NCBI GenBank assembly: GCA_913050095.1
Contig: CAJXAV010000004.1
Coordinates: 1 to 61,599, forward strand
Origin: an uncultured Gammaproteobacteria bacterium
Lineage (GTDB): Bacteria > Pseudomonadota > Gammaproteobacteria > Poriferisulfidales > GCA-002705445
DNA length: 61,599 nt
Direction of reading: 5' to 3'
The notes beneath the pieces were generated by a model. It worked only from the letters and a program-made list of their open reading frames with translations, did not search any database and was not told the DNA's origin. The translations under genes were made by a program, and so were the position numbers. Of this stretch, positions 41,588 to 50,229 are shown piece after piece; positions within the stretch are counted from its first letter, which is position 1, and the number at the start of each line of letters is the position of its first letter.

Positions 41588-42664
41588 ATGAAAAATATAC
41601 AAAAAAAAGTAGTTATATTTGCAGCTGGGACAGGAGGTCATATATACCCAGGTCTTTCAATTGCAAACTATTTAATATCGAAAGATATTTCTGTTTTATG
41701 GATTGGCACTAAAAAAGGGATGGAAAAAAAGATAATAGAAGATACTAATATTCCAATTGAATACGTTGATTTTTCAGGTATTAGAGGAAAGGGATTACTT
41801 ATATATTTAAAACTACCTTACATGTTATTAAAATCAATATTTCAAGCTATTAAGATAATAAAAAATTTTCAGCCAAATGCAGTGTTATCAATGGGTGGTT
41901 ATATTAGTTTTCCATGTGCTGTTGCAGCATATGTACTTAGAAAGAAAATTATAGTACATGAGCAAAATATTATTTTTGGAATGACAAATAATTTAATTAG
42001 ATTTTTTTCAAATTTAGTTATATTAGGATTCCCAATGAACATAAACAATAAAAAATATAAGTTTTTAGGAAATCCTTCAAGATACGAAAATAGTATATTA
42101 GAAAAAAAGAATAATAAAAAAGAATTTAATATATTAGTTATAGGCGGAAGTTTAGGAGCAAAAATATTCAACGAGGTGATTCCTCAATCAATCTATAAAT
42201 TAATAAATACAACAAATTTAAAGGTTAATGTTATTCATCAAACAGGAAAAACATACAAAGTGGCAGAAATTCAGTATAGAAATATAAATATAAATATTGA
42301 TCTGAGAGAATATATTGAAGATATGGAAGAAGTTTATAATTGGTGTGATGTCATTGTGTGTAGGGGAGGAGCAATTACAATTACAGAAATCATGAATTTA
42401 GGAATACCTGCAATTATTATTCCATATCCATATTCTGTAGATGATCATCAAATGAAAAATTGCGAATATTTGCAAAATAATAATGCTGCTATTGTAATTA
42501 ACCAAGAAAACTTAACACAAGATTACCTTGCAAGTATTTTTTTATCTTTAATAAAAAATTCGAATATTACAAAAGAATTAAAAAAAAATGTATTAAAATT
42601 AAATATGAAAGATTCTACAAAGAATATATGCGATGAAATAATTAATAATATGCGTAATAATTAG
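41588..42664 (+). CDS. murG: UDP-GlcNAc:lipid I GlcNAc transferase
   Basis: 358 aa (AAGTGGHIYPGL, GGSLGA, CRGGAITITE). Confidence 0.9.
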   Translation: MKNIQKKVVIFAAGTGGHIYPGLSIANYLISKDISVLWIGTKKGMEKKIIEDTNIPIEYVDFSGIRGKGLLIYLKLPYMLLKSIFQAIKIIKNFQPNAVLSMGGYISFPCAVAAYVLRKKIIVHEQNIIFGMTNNLIRFFSNLVILGFPMNINNKKYKFLGNPSRYENSILEKKNNKKEFNILVIGGSLGAKIFNEVIPQSIYKLINTTNLKVNVIHQTGKTYKVAEIQYRNININIDLREYIEDMEEVYNWCDVIVCRGGAITITEIMNLGIPAIIIPYPYSVDDHQMKNCEYLQNNNAAIVINQENLTQDYLASIFLSLIKNSNITKELKKNVLKLNMKDSTKNICDEIINNMRNN

Positions 42665-42667
42665 AAT

Positions 42668-44071
42668 ATGGAAATTAATTTAAAAAGAAAAACAATGACG
42701 CGCGTGAAAAAAATCCATTTTATAGGTATTGGTGGTAGCGGTATGTCTGGTATAGCATCAATTTTAAGTGATTTAGGCTATCAGGTTAGTGGTTCAGATA
42801 TTAGTAATTCAAAAGTAGTAGATAGTCTAAAAAAGAAAAATATTAAAATTTCTATTGGTCATAAGAAAGAAAATATTTTATCCAGTGATGTCGTTGTTGT
42901 ATCAAGTGCAATTGATATAGAAAATGTTGAATATATATACGCAAAGGAATTAAATATTCCAATAATAAAAAGGGCAGAAATGCTTGCAGAATTAATGCGC
43001 TTCACATTTGGTATTGCGATTGCAGGCACTCATGGTAAAACAACAACAACTTCAATTTTGTCGCATATTTTGAATATAGCAAACTATGACCCAACATATA
43101 TTATTGGGGGAAAAATAATAAACTCTGATAATGCAAAACTAGGCTCTAGTGATTACCTTATAGCTGAAGCAGATGAAAGTGATGCATCATTTTTACACTT
43201 ACAGCCATTAATGTCTGTTATTACTAATATCGATAAAGACCATTTGGAGAATCATAATAATAGTTTTGATGTTTTAAAAAAGAATTTTCTAGAATTTATT
43301 AATAATTTACCATTTTATGGATTATGTTTAATCAATGCTAACGATATTAACTCTAAATCTATAATAGGACAGATATCAAGACCTTTTAAAACTTTTGGTT
43401 TTGAAACTGATGCTGACTATGTGGCAAGCTCGATAGATTTTTCTTCAATACCTTCATCATATATATATAAGGAGGATGGTAATGATTATGAGATAAAGGT
43501 AAGTTTGCCAGGAAAGCATAATGCTATAAATTCACTTGCAGCTCTTGCTGTTTCTAGAGAGTTAGGGGTTTCAATAGATATAATACAAAAAGCATTAATG
43601 AATTTTCCAGGAATAAGTAGAAGATTTGAAATTATAGGAAATTTTTACATTGACGAAAAAAAATTTACATGGATTGATGATTACGGCCATCATCCGTCTG
43701 AAATGAAAGAGGTAATAGATACAATATTGAACGTTTGGAATAAGAAAAGAGTAGTTATGGTTTTTCAACCGCACAGATATTCAAGAACATCAGAGCATTT
43801 TAATCAATTTGTTGATGTGCTAAAAAAAATAAATAACATAATTTTAATGGATATTTATCCAGCAAACGAAAGACCGATTGATAACATAAATTCAACAGCT
43901 ATATTGCAAGAAATAAATAAAGACTTTAAAAGAGCAGTTCTAATTAATGATAAAGAAGAGCTATCAGCGTATCTAATGAAAAATATAAAAAATGATGATA
44001 TTTTATTAACAATGGGCGCAGGAGATATCTCAAAATTTGTTAATTATTTTAAAGATTTTATAAATAGGTAA
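42668..44071 (+). CDS. murC: UDP-MurNAc:L-alanine ligase
   Basis: 467 aa (IHFIGIGGSGMSG, AGTHGKTTTTS, DDYGHHP). The true start could instead be the internal ATG at 42695 (MTRVKKIHF). Confidence 0.9.
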   Translation: MEINLKRKTMTRVKKIHFIGIGGSGMSGIASILSDLGYQVSGSDISNSKVVDSLKKKNIKISIGHKKENILSSDVVVVSSAIDIENVEYIYAKELNIPIIKRAEMLAELMRFTFGIAIAGTHGKTTTTSILSHILNIANYDPTYIIGGKIINSDNAKLGSSDYLIAEADESDASFLHLQPLMSVITNIDKDHLENHNNSFDVLKKNFLEFINNLPFYGLCLINANDINSKSIIGQISRPFKTFGFETDADYVASSIDFSSIPSSYIYKEDGNDYEIKVSLPGKHNAINSLAALAVSRELGVSIDIIQKALMNFPGISRRFEIIGNFYIDEKKFTWIDDYGHHPSEMKEVIDTILNVWNKKRVVMVFQPHRYSRTSEHFNQFVDVLKKINNIILMDIYPANERPIDNINSTAILQEINKDFKRAVLINDKEELSAYLMKNIKNDDILLTMGAGDISKFVNYFKDFINR

Positions 44072-44073
44072 TT

Positions 44074-44970
44074 ATGGAAAATATTGAAACTATACAAAAA
44101 ATGGTTAAAGGAAATTTAAGAAAAAATGTATCTTTAAAAGAATACAATACATGGAAAGTTGGCGGTAAAGCTGAATATTTCTTTGAACCAAAAAATCTAG
44201 ATGATCTAATAACATTTCTAAAAAATGTAAATAAAAAAAATGTAACATTTTTAGGAAATGGTAGTAATGTATTAATAAGAGACGGTGGAATAAATGGCTT
44301 TGTTATATGCTTAAAAAGTTCTTTGAACAATTATAAACTAAAGCAAAATAATGAATTTATCTTTGAGGCAGGCTTATCATGCATGAAAATTGCTCAAATT
44401 ACAGCAAGAGAGAATTTTACCGGACTCGAGTTTCTATGTGGTATTCCTGGTTCACTGGGTGGCGCATTAGCAATGAATGCAGGATGTTATGGAGGAAATG
44501 TATGGGAGTATGTTACATCTGTAGATTTAATAGATAAAAAAGGAAATATACTAAAAAAAACGAAAGAAGATTTTAAAATCGGTTATAGAAAAATTAATCT
44601 TGATAAAGATTTATTTTTTATTAGCGCTACGTTTTCATTAAAAGAAAATTTATTAAAAAATTCCTCAAGTATCATAAAAGAGTATCTTAAAGATAGGCGA
44701 AGTAAGCAACCAACTGGCCAACCAAGTTGCGGATCTGTTTTTAAAAATCCTGAAAATTCTCATGCTGCTAGCTTAATCGATTCTTTAGGATTAAAAGAGT
44801 ATAAAATTGGTGGTGCGCAAGTTTCAAAAAAACATGCAAACTTTATAATTTCAAATAAAACCGCATCCTCTCTCGATATAGAAAATTTAATAGAATATAT
44901 TCAAAAAAAAGTATATGAAAAAAAGAAAATATATCTTGAAACTGAAGTGAAATTTATTGGGACAAACTAA
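44074..44970 (+). CDS. murB: UDP-N-acetylenolpyruvoylglucosamine reductase
   Basis: 298 aa FAD-binding PCMH domain (LGNGSN.LI, GIPGSLGGALAMNAG, PSCGSVFKNP). Confidence 0.9.
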   Translation: MENIETIQKMVKGNLRKNVSLKEYNTWKVGGKAEYFFEPKNLDDLITFLKNVNKKNVTFLGNGSNVLIRDGGINGFVICLKSSLNNYKLKQNNEFIFEAGLSCMKIAQITARENFTGLEFLCGIPGSLGGALAMNAGCYGGNVWEYVTSVDLIDKKGNILKKTKEDFKIGYRKINLDKDLFFISATFSLKENLLKNSSSIIKEYLKDRRSKQPTGQPSCGSVFKNPENSHAASLIDSLGLKEYKIGGAQVSKKHANFIISNKTASSLDIENLIEYIQKKVYEKKKIYLETEVKFIGTN

Positions 44971-45881
44971 TGAATAATAATAGATATGGTAAAGTTCTTG
45001 TTTTAATGGGTGGATGGTCAAATGAAAGAGAAATCTCATTAGTTTCAGGTAAATACGTTTTTGAATCTCTCATAGCTTCAGGAATAAATGCTTTTAAATT
45101 AGATTTAAGCAGATCGAATATTAATGAAATAAAAGATATTAATCCAGATAGGGTTTTTATCGTTCTTCATGGTAAAGGTGGGGAGGATGGTGAAATACAA
45201 AATTATTTAGATGAATTATCTATTCCGTACACAGGAAGTAATAGTATTTCATCAAAAATATGTATGAACAAAAGAACTTCAAAAGATATTTTACTAAAAA
45301 GCAATATACCAACCCCGAGATATTTAAAAATTACAGATGAAAAAAAAATATTTTTAGAAAAAAATAAATTTGAATATCCCTTTGTAATAAAACCATCTTC
45401 TGAAGGATCAAGCATAGGAGTTCATATTGTAGAAAATCATGAAAGTTATATTGAAGCAATAAAAGATAATAAAAAAATTAGTGATGATTTTATTATAGAA
45501 GAATATATAAAAGGTAGCGAGTATACTGTAGGAATATTAGATAATGAAGCATTGCCATCAATTAAACTAGTACCACCAGGAAAATTCTATGATTACGAAG
45601 CAAAGTATAACTCTGAAAAAACAGAGTATATATGCCCCTCTGGTTTACCAAAGAAAATAGAAGAGAATATAAGTAATTTATCTTTTAAAACTTTTGAAGC
45701 TCTTGGTTGTAAAGGATGGGGAAGAGTTGACTTGATAATAGATGAAAAAAATAACCCATGGGTTATAGAGGTTAATACAATACCAGGAATGACAAAACAT
45801 AGTTTGATACCAATGGCTGCTGAAAAGATAAATATAAGTTTTAATGAATTAGTATTAAAAATACTAGATACTTCCATGTAG
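44970..45881 (+). CDS. ddl: D-alanine--D-alanine ligase
   Basis: 303 aa ATP-grasp (HGKGGEDGEIQ, KPSSEGSSIG, VEVNTIPGMT). TAATG overlap with murB. Confidence 0.9.
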   Translation: MNNNRYGKVLVLMGGWSNEREISLVSGKYVFESLIASGINAFKLDLSRSNINEIKDINPDRVFIVLHGKGGEDGEIQNYLDELSIPYTGSNSISSKICMNKRTSKDILLKSNIPTPRYLKITDEKKIFLEKNKFEYPFVIKPSSEGSSIGVHIVENHESYIEAIKDNKKISDDFIIEEYIKGSEYTVGILDNEALPSIKLVPPGKFYDYEAKYNSEKTEYICPSGLPKKIEENISNLSFKTFEALGCKGWGRVDLIIDEKNNPWVIEVNTIPGMTKHSLIPMAAEKINISFNELVLKILDTSM

Positions 45882-45885
45882 AAAA

Positions 45886-46581
45886 ATGGCATTTAAAAAA
45901 AAATCTTCAATAGTTTTAATAATTTTTATAGTAACTATATTCTTATATCATTTTTATAATAAATTAGAAGTCAAAAAAACATATTTCCCAATAAAACACA
46001 TAGAAATTATATCTAATTTTAATAATGTGAATAAAAATACTGTATCTAAAAGATCTGAAATTTACCTTAAAGAGAAATCTTTTTTTAATTTCAATATTAA
46101 AAATTTAAAAAAAGAAATAGAAAAAATAGAATGGGTGAAATCTGTTAACGTTAGAAGAGTTTATCCTGATAAAGTAAAAATTTTTATTGTAGAACATAAA
46201 GCGATAGCAATATGGAATAACAAAGAATATTTTAATAAATCAGGAAAACTATTTAAAGTTAATAAAATATCTAAAAATTTGCCAAAATTGAATTCTAAAA
46301 ATAATCAGAATGTGAAAATGTTTAATTACTTATCGTCATTTACGAAACACCTATCAAAAAATAATATTAATGATAAGATTATTAAAATAGAAGAGAATGA
46401 AATACGGTCAATAAAAATATTTCTTTATTCAGGTATAAATATTAATTTTGGATCAAGAAATATTGATAACAGAATAAAAACATTCTTTAAAATATATAAA
46501 AAACTAAAAAGTAGCGATTTAAAAAAAATAAGGTATATTGATATGAGATATTCAAATGGTTTTTCTATAGGCTGGAAGTAA
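45886..46581 (+). CDS. ftsQ: Cell division protein FtsQ
   Basis: 231 aa with an N-terminal TM and a POTRA region (WVKSVNVRRVYPDKVKIFIVEHKAIAIW). Position is conserved. Confidence 0.85.
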   Translation: MAFKKKSSIVLIIFIVTIFLYHFYNKLEVKKTYFPIKHIEIISNFNNVNKNTVSKRSEIYLKEKSFFNFNIKNLKKEIEKIEWVKSVNVRRVYPDKVKIFIVEHKAIAIWNNKEYFNKSGKLFKVNKISKNLPKLNSKNNQNVKMFNYLSSFTKHLSKNNINDKIIKIEENEIRSIKIFLYSGININFGSRNIDNRIKTFFKIYKKLKSSDLKKIRYIDMRYSNGFSIGWK

Positions 46582-46594
46582 TTTTGGAAATATT

Positions 46595-47821
46595 ATGATC
46601 AAAAGTGACAAAAATTTAATAGTTGGGCTAGACATCGGGACCTCATATGTAAAAACTATTGTTGGATCTGTTAACGAAGACAATGAGATTGATTTTCTGG
46701 GTGTTGGAAAAACTAAGTCTTTAGGTATGAAAAGAGGTGTAGTTATAGATATTAGCTCAACTGTCGAATCAATTGCTAAGTCTGTAGATATAGCCGAACA
46801 GGTAAGTAGTGAAAGAATTACTTCTGTATATGCAACAATTTCTGGTAATCATATACAAAGTTATGCTGCAACAGGAAGAGCAGCTATATCTGATCATAAA
46901 GAAGTATCTAATCAAGATTTAAAAGCCGTTGAGGAGGCTGCAAAAGCTATGAATCTCTCAAATGACCAAGAAATATTACATGTTCTGGCAAAAGAATATG
47001 AAATTGATGGTCAAGATGGGATTAAGGTTCCTCTTGGGATGTCTGGTATAGCGCTTGACGGAAAATATCATCTTGTAACTGGCGCAAAAAATGCTAGAGA
47101 TAATATAGAAAAATGTATTAAGAAATGTTCAATTAGCCCTGAGAAAGTTGTTCTTGAGCAACTAGCTTCAAGTATTTCAGTTTTAACAGAGGACGAAAAA
47201 AATCTTGGTGTATGCTTAGTAGATATTGGCGGAGGCACAACTGATATAGCAATTTTTAGTAATGGAGCCATAGAATATACTTCTTCATTATCTTTAGGTG
47301 GAGATCAAGTTACAAACGATCTTGCTCAGGCATTAAAAACTTCAACTTATAATGCTGAAGAATTAAAAATTACACATGGTTGTATAAATAATGAAATATT
47401 GAATGATGATATCGTAGAAGTACCGGGTGTAGGTGATAGACCACCAAGATCAGTTCAAAAGCATACATTGGTTGAGGTAATGAGTTTAAGATATCAAGAA
47501 ATTTTTGATTTTGTAAATTCAAAAATATTACAAAGTGGATTTGAAGAAAAAATATCAGCTGGCATAGTTTTAACAGGAGGTAGTTCTAAGTCTGATGGCC
47601 TCATAGATCTTGCTGAAGAAGTTTTTCATAAACAAGTAAGGCTTGGGGTGCCGCAACACATTTATGGTGGTGCAGAAGACGTTGTGAAGAATCCTGAATA
47701 TGCAGCTTGTATTGGTCTCTTGTTATATGCAAAAAAACAGAATAATCCTTTAATTGAGCCTTTAAATGAGAATTTTCTATCTGTTGCAAAAAAACTATTA
47801 AAAAACTTTCTTTATAACTAA
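46595..47821 (+). CDS. ftsA: Cell division protein FtsA
   Basis: 408 aa actin-fold protein (VGLDIGTS, VDIGGGTTDIA, LTGGSS) with a C-terminal amphipathic membrane-targeting helix. Confidence 0.95.
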   Translation: MIKSDKNLIVGLDIGTSYVKTIVGSVNEDNEIDFLGVGKTKSLGMKRGVVIDISSTVESIAKSVDIAEQVSSERITSVYATISGNHIQSYAATGRAAISDHKEVSNQDLKAVEEAAKAMNLSNDQEILHVLAKEYEIDGQDGIKVPLGMSGIALDGKYHLVTGAKNARDNIEKCIKKCSISPEKVVLEQLASSISVLTEDEKNLGVCLVDIGGGTTDIAIFSNGAIEYTSSLSLGGDQVTNDLAQALKTSTYNAEELKITHGCINNEILNDDIVEVPGVGDRPPRSVQKHTLVEVMSLRYQEIFDFVNSKILQSGFEEKISAGIVLTGGSSKSDGLIDLAEEVFHKQVRLGVPQHIYGGAEDVVKNPEYAACIGLLLYAKKQNNPLIEPLNENFLSVAKKLLKNFLYN

Positions 47822-48007
47822 TAACGCCCTTTTAATGCCTTTTTTTTTAAAAAAAAGGTTAATTTTCCCTTTATAATTAGCATATTTCTCCAATATGGCA
47901 TATTATATGCATATTAATAATATATGATAATTAATGGATTATTTAAATTTATCCGGAAATATTTTATTAAAAAAAAGGCTTAATAATAAAAATAAATTAG
48001 AATAAAA

Positions 48008-48931
48008 ATGATTAATCAAAGAACTGTAAAAAATACAATCAAAGCAACTGGAATAGGTCTTCACACTGGGAAAAAAATTACACTTACATTAATTCCAGCA
48101 CCAGCTGGAACTGGCATAGTGTTTATTAGAACAGATATAGAGCCAAAAGTAGAAATAAAAGCTTGTCCTGAAAATGTTGGTGATACAACTCTTTCAACAA
48201 CCTTAATATCAAATAATATAAAAGTTTCTACTGTTGAACATTTGCTTTCAGCTATTGCAGGACTAGGTATTGATAATTTATATGTACATCTTGATGGCCC
48301 AGAAGTACCTATAATGGATGGAAGCGCAGGCCCATTTGTTTTCTTACTGCAGTCTGCAGGCATTAAAGAACAGAATAAATCAAAAAAATTCATTAGGATT
48401 TTAAAACCAATTGAGGTTAGAGACGATGAAACTGGCAAATGGGTTAAATTTGCTCCATTTGAGGGATTCAAAGTTGCATTTACTATTGGATTTGATCATC
48501 CCGTCTTTAATGATAAAACACATTCAGCAGTACTTGATTTCTCTTCAGTATCTTTTGTTAAAGAAGTTAGCAGAGCAAGAACATTTGGATTTATGAGGGA
48601 TGTTGAATTATTAAGATCAAAAAATCTTGCATTGGGCGGAAGTTTAGATAATGCTGTTGTGGTCGATGATCATCGAGTGTTAAATGAAGATGGGTTACGA
48701 TATGAAGACGAATTTGTAAAACACAAAATATTAGATGCAGTGGGTGATCTTTATTTACTTGGAAAAAGCTTAATTGGGTCATTTGAAGGATATAAGTCAG
48801 GACATGATTTAAATAATAAACTTCTAAGAAAATTGTTAGAAAACAAGGACGCCTGGGAAGAAGTTGGGTATAAAACAGCAGAAGATCTTCCAATTAATTA
48901 CATGGATGCGTATAGTACTTCAGAAGTCTAA
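48008..48931 (+). CDS. lpxC: UDP-3-O-acyl-GlcNAc deacetylase
   Basis: 307 aa (RTVKN...[35 protein letters not shown]). Confidence 0.95.
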   Translation: MINQRTVKNTIKATGIGLHTGKKITLTLIPAPAGTGIVFIRTDIEPKVEIKACPENVGDTTLSTTLISNNIKVSTVEHLLSAIAGLGIDNLYVHLDGPEVPIMDGSAGPFVFLLQSAGIKEQNKSKKFIRILKPIEVRDDETGKWVKFAPFEGFKVAFTIGFDHPVFNDKTHSAVLDFSSVSFVKEVSRARTFGFMRDVELLRSKNLALGGSLDNAVVVDDHRVLNEDGLRYEDEFVKHKILDAVGDLYLLGKSLIGSFEGYKSGHDLNNKLLRKLLENKDAWEEVGYKTAEDLPINYMDAYSTSEV

Positions 48932-49215
48932 ACTTTTGGATCTTTAATAATTTTAAATTTAATTTTGGTTAATTTTAACTTTAGAACTTCACCAAATTCA
49001 TAATTTATATCTTTTAGTATGTCTCTTTGGTAGTTTCTAATAATACTTAGATTTGAGCTATTAGTAGCTCCAAGAACAAGCATATTTTCAACAATATTGC
49101 ATGCATAGCAATTTGAATTTTTACCAGCATATTTGTAAAGGTGTTTGGTAATCCTTTCTAGTACTTTAGCTTTCTCTAATATTCTAATATCAATATGATA
49201 GTTAAGTTTTTTCAT
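48928..49215 (-). CDS. DUF721/DciA-like small protein
   Basis: 95 aa basic protein. It occupies the slot between lpxC and the M23 peptidase/secA where gammaproteobacteria lacking secM carry a DUF721 gene. Assignment rests on position and size. Sequence similarity was not verifiable by eye. Confidence 0.4.
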   Translation of the reverse strand: MKKLNYHIDIRILEKAKVLERITKHLYKYAGKNSNCYACNIVENMLVLGATNSSNLSIIRNYQRDILKDINYEFGEVLKLKLTKIKFKIIKDPKV

Positions 49216-49277
49216 TATTAATTATTAAATTCACAAATAAGTTGTATAATGACCATCTTTATTAAAATTTTAGCATA

Positions 49278-50210
49278 ATGCAAATAGTAATTTTTAAATC
49301 AAATAAAAACAAATCATCTTCTTATAAGATTAATGGATATATTTTTATATTATTATTAGGTCTTACAATTGGATTAATAAGCATATTGTCCAGCTCTGCT
49401 TCATATATATATGGTTACAAAGAGGGTTATAAAGAATTAAATGAAGACAGAATGCAAGATATGAGTATTTATCAAAATCAAATAAAAAAAATTAAGCTCG
49501 AGAACCAAGAAAAAATGCAATTTTTTTCTCAAAAATTAATTACAATTTCATCTCAATTAGAAAACCTAAATTCTTTTGGAAATAAGTTATCAAAATTAGC
49601 AAAACTTGATAAAAAAGATTTTGATTTTAAAAAGCCAAAATATATTGGAGGGGCAAACAAAGTAAATATTGATTTCGAATACAATTCAGAATTTGATAAA
49701 TATTTAGATAGTCTATTAAAAGATATCACATTAAAAAATGAAAATTTAAATGAGATCAATAAAATTATTAATAATTTAGAGATGAAAGAGCAATTTTTCC
49801 CATCCGGTTTGCCAACAAAAAAAGGGTATATGTCATCTGATTATGGCAAAAGAAAAAATCCAATTACAAAGAAAATGCATATGCATAAAGGAGTGGATAT
49901 TGCTCATAAAATAGAAACCAATATTACTTCACTAGCAGCTGGTAAAGTCACATTTTCAGGAAAAAAATATGGCTATGGAAATTTAGTAGAAATAAGCCAT
50001 TACAATGGTTATGTCACAAGATATGCCCATAATAATAGAAATTTAGTTAAGAAAGGAGAATTGGTGAAGAAAGGCCAAGTGATTGCTAAGATGGGCAGTA
50101 CTGGGCATTCAACAGGACCGCACGTACATTTGGAAGTCTTAAAAAATAAAAAACATATAAATCCAAATAAATTTATTCATTATAAAGAAAAGTATTCTAT
50201 TAAAGACTAG
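49278..50210 (+). CDS. M23-family metalloendopeptidase with N-terminal TM and coiled coil
   Basis: 310 aa with HMHKGVDIA (HxxxD) and GSTGHSTGPHVHLEV (HxH). Confidence 0.85.
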   Translation: MQIVIFKSNKNKSSSYKINGYIFILLLGLTIGLISILSSSASYIYGYKEGYKELNEDRMQDMSIYQNQIKKIKLENQEKMQFFSQKLITISSQLENLNSFGNKLSKLAKLDKKDFDFKKPKYIGGANKVNIDFEYNSEFDKYLDSLLKDITLKNENLNEINKIINNLEMKEQFFPSGLPTKKGYMSSDYGKRKNPITKKMHMHKGVDIAHKIETNITSLAAGKVTFSGKKYGYGNLVEISHYNGYVTRYAHNNRNLVKKGELVKKGQVIAKMGSTGHSTGPHVHLEVLKNKKHINPNKFIHYKEKYSIKD

Positions 50211-50229
50211 AAAATTTAAAGGCACGAAT

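Noticed and set aside
47924-47983. 19-codon ORF (MIINGLFKFIRKYFIKKKA) in the ftsA-lpxC spacer, considered as a leader peptide or SecM-like regulator.
   Set aside because: There is no Shine-Dalgarno sequence. The composition is indistinguishable from random A/T-rich sequence, and no known family resembles it. It cannot be supported without conservation or Ribo-seq data.
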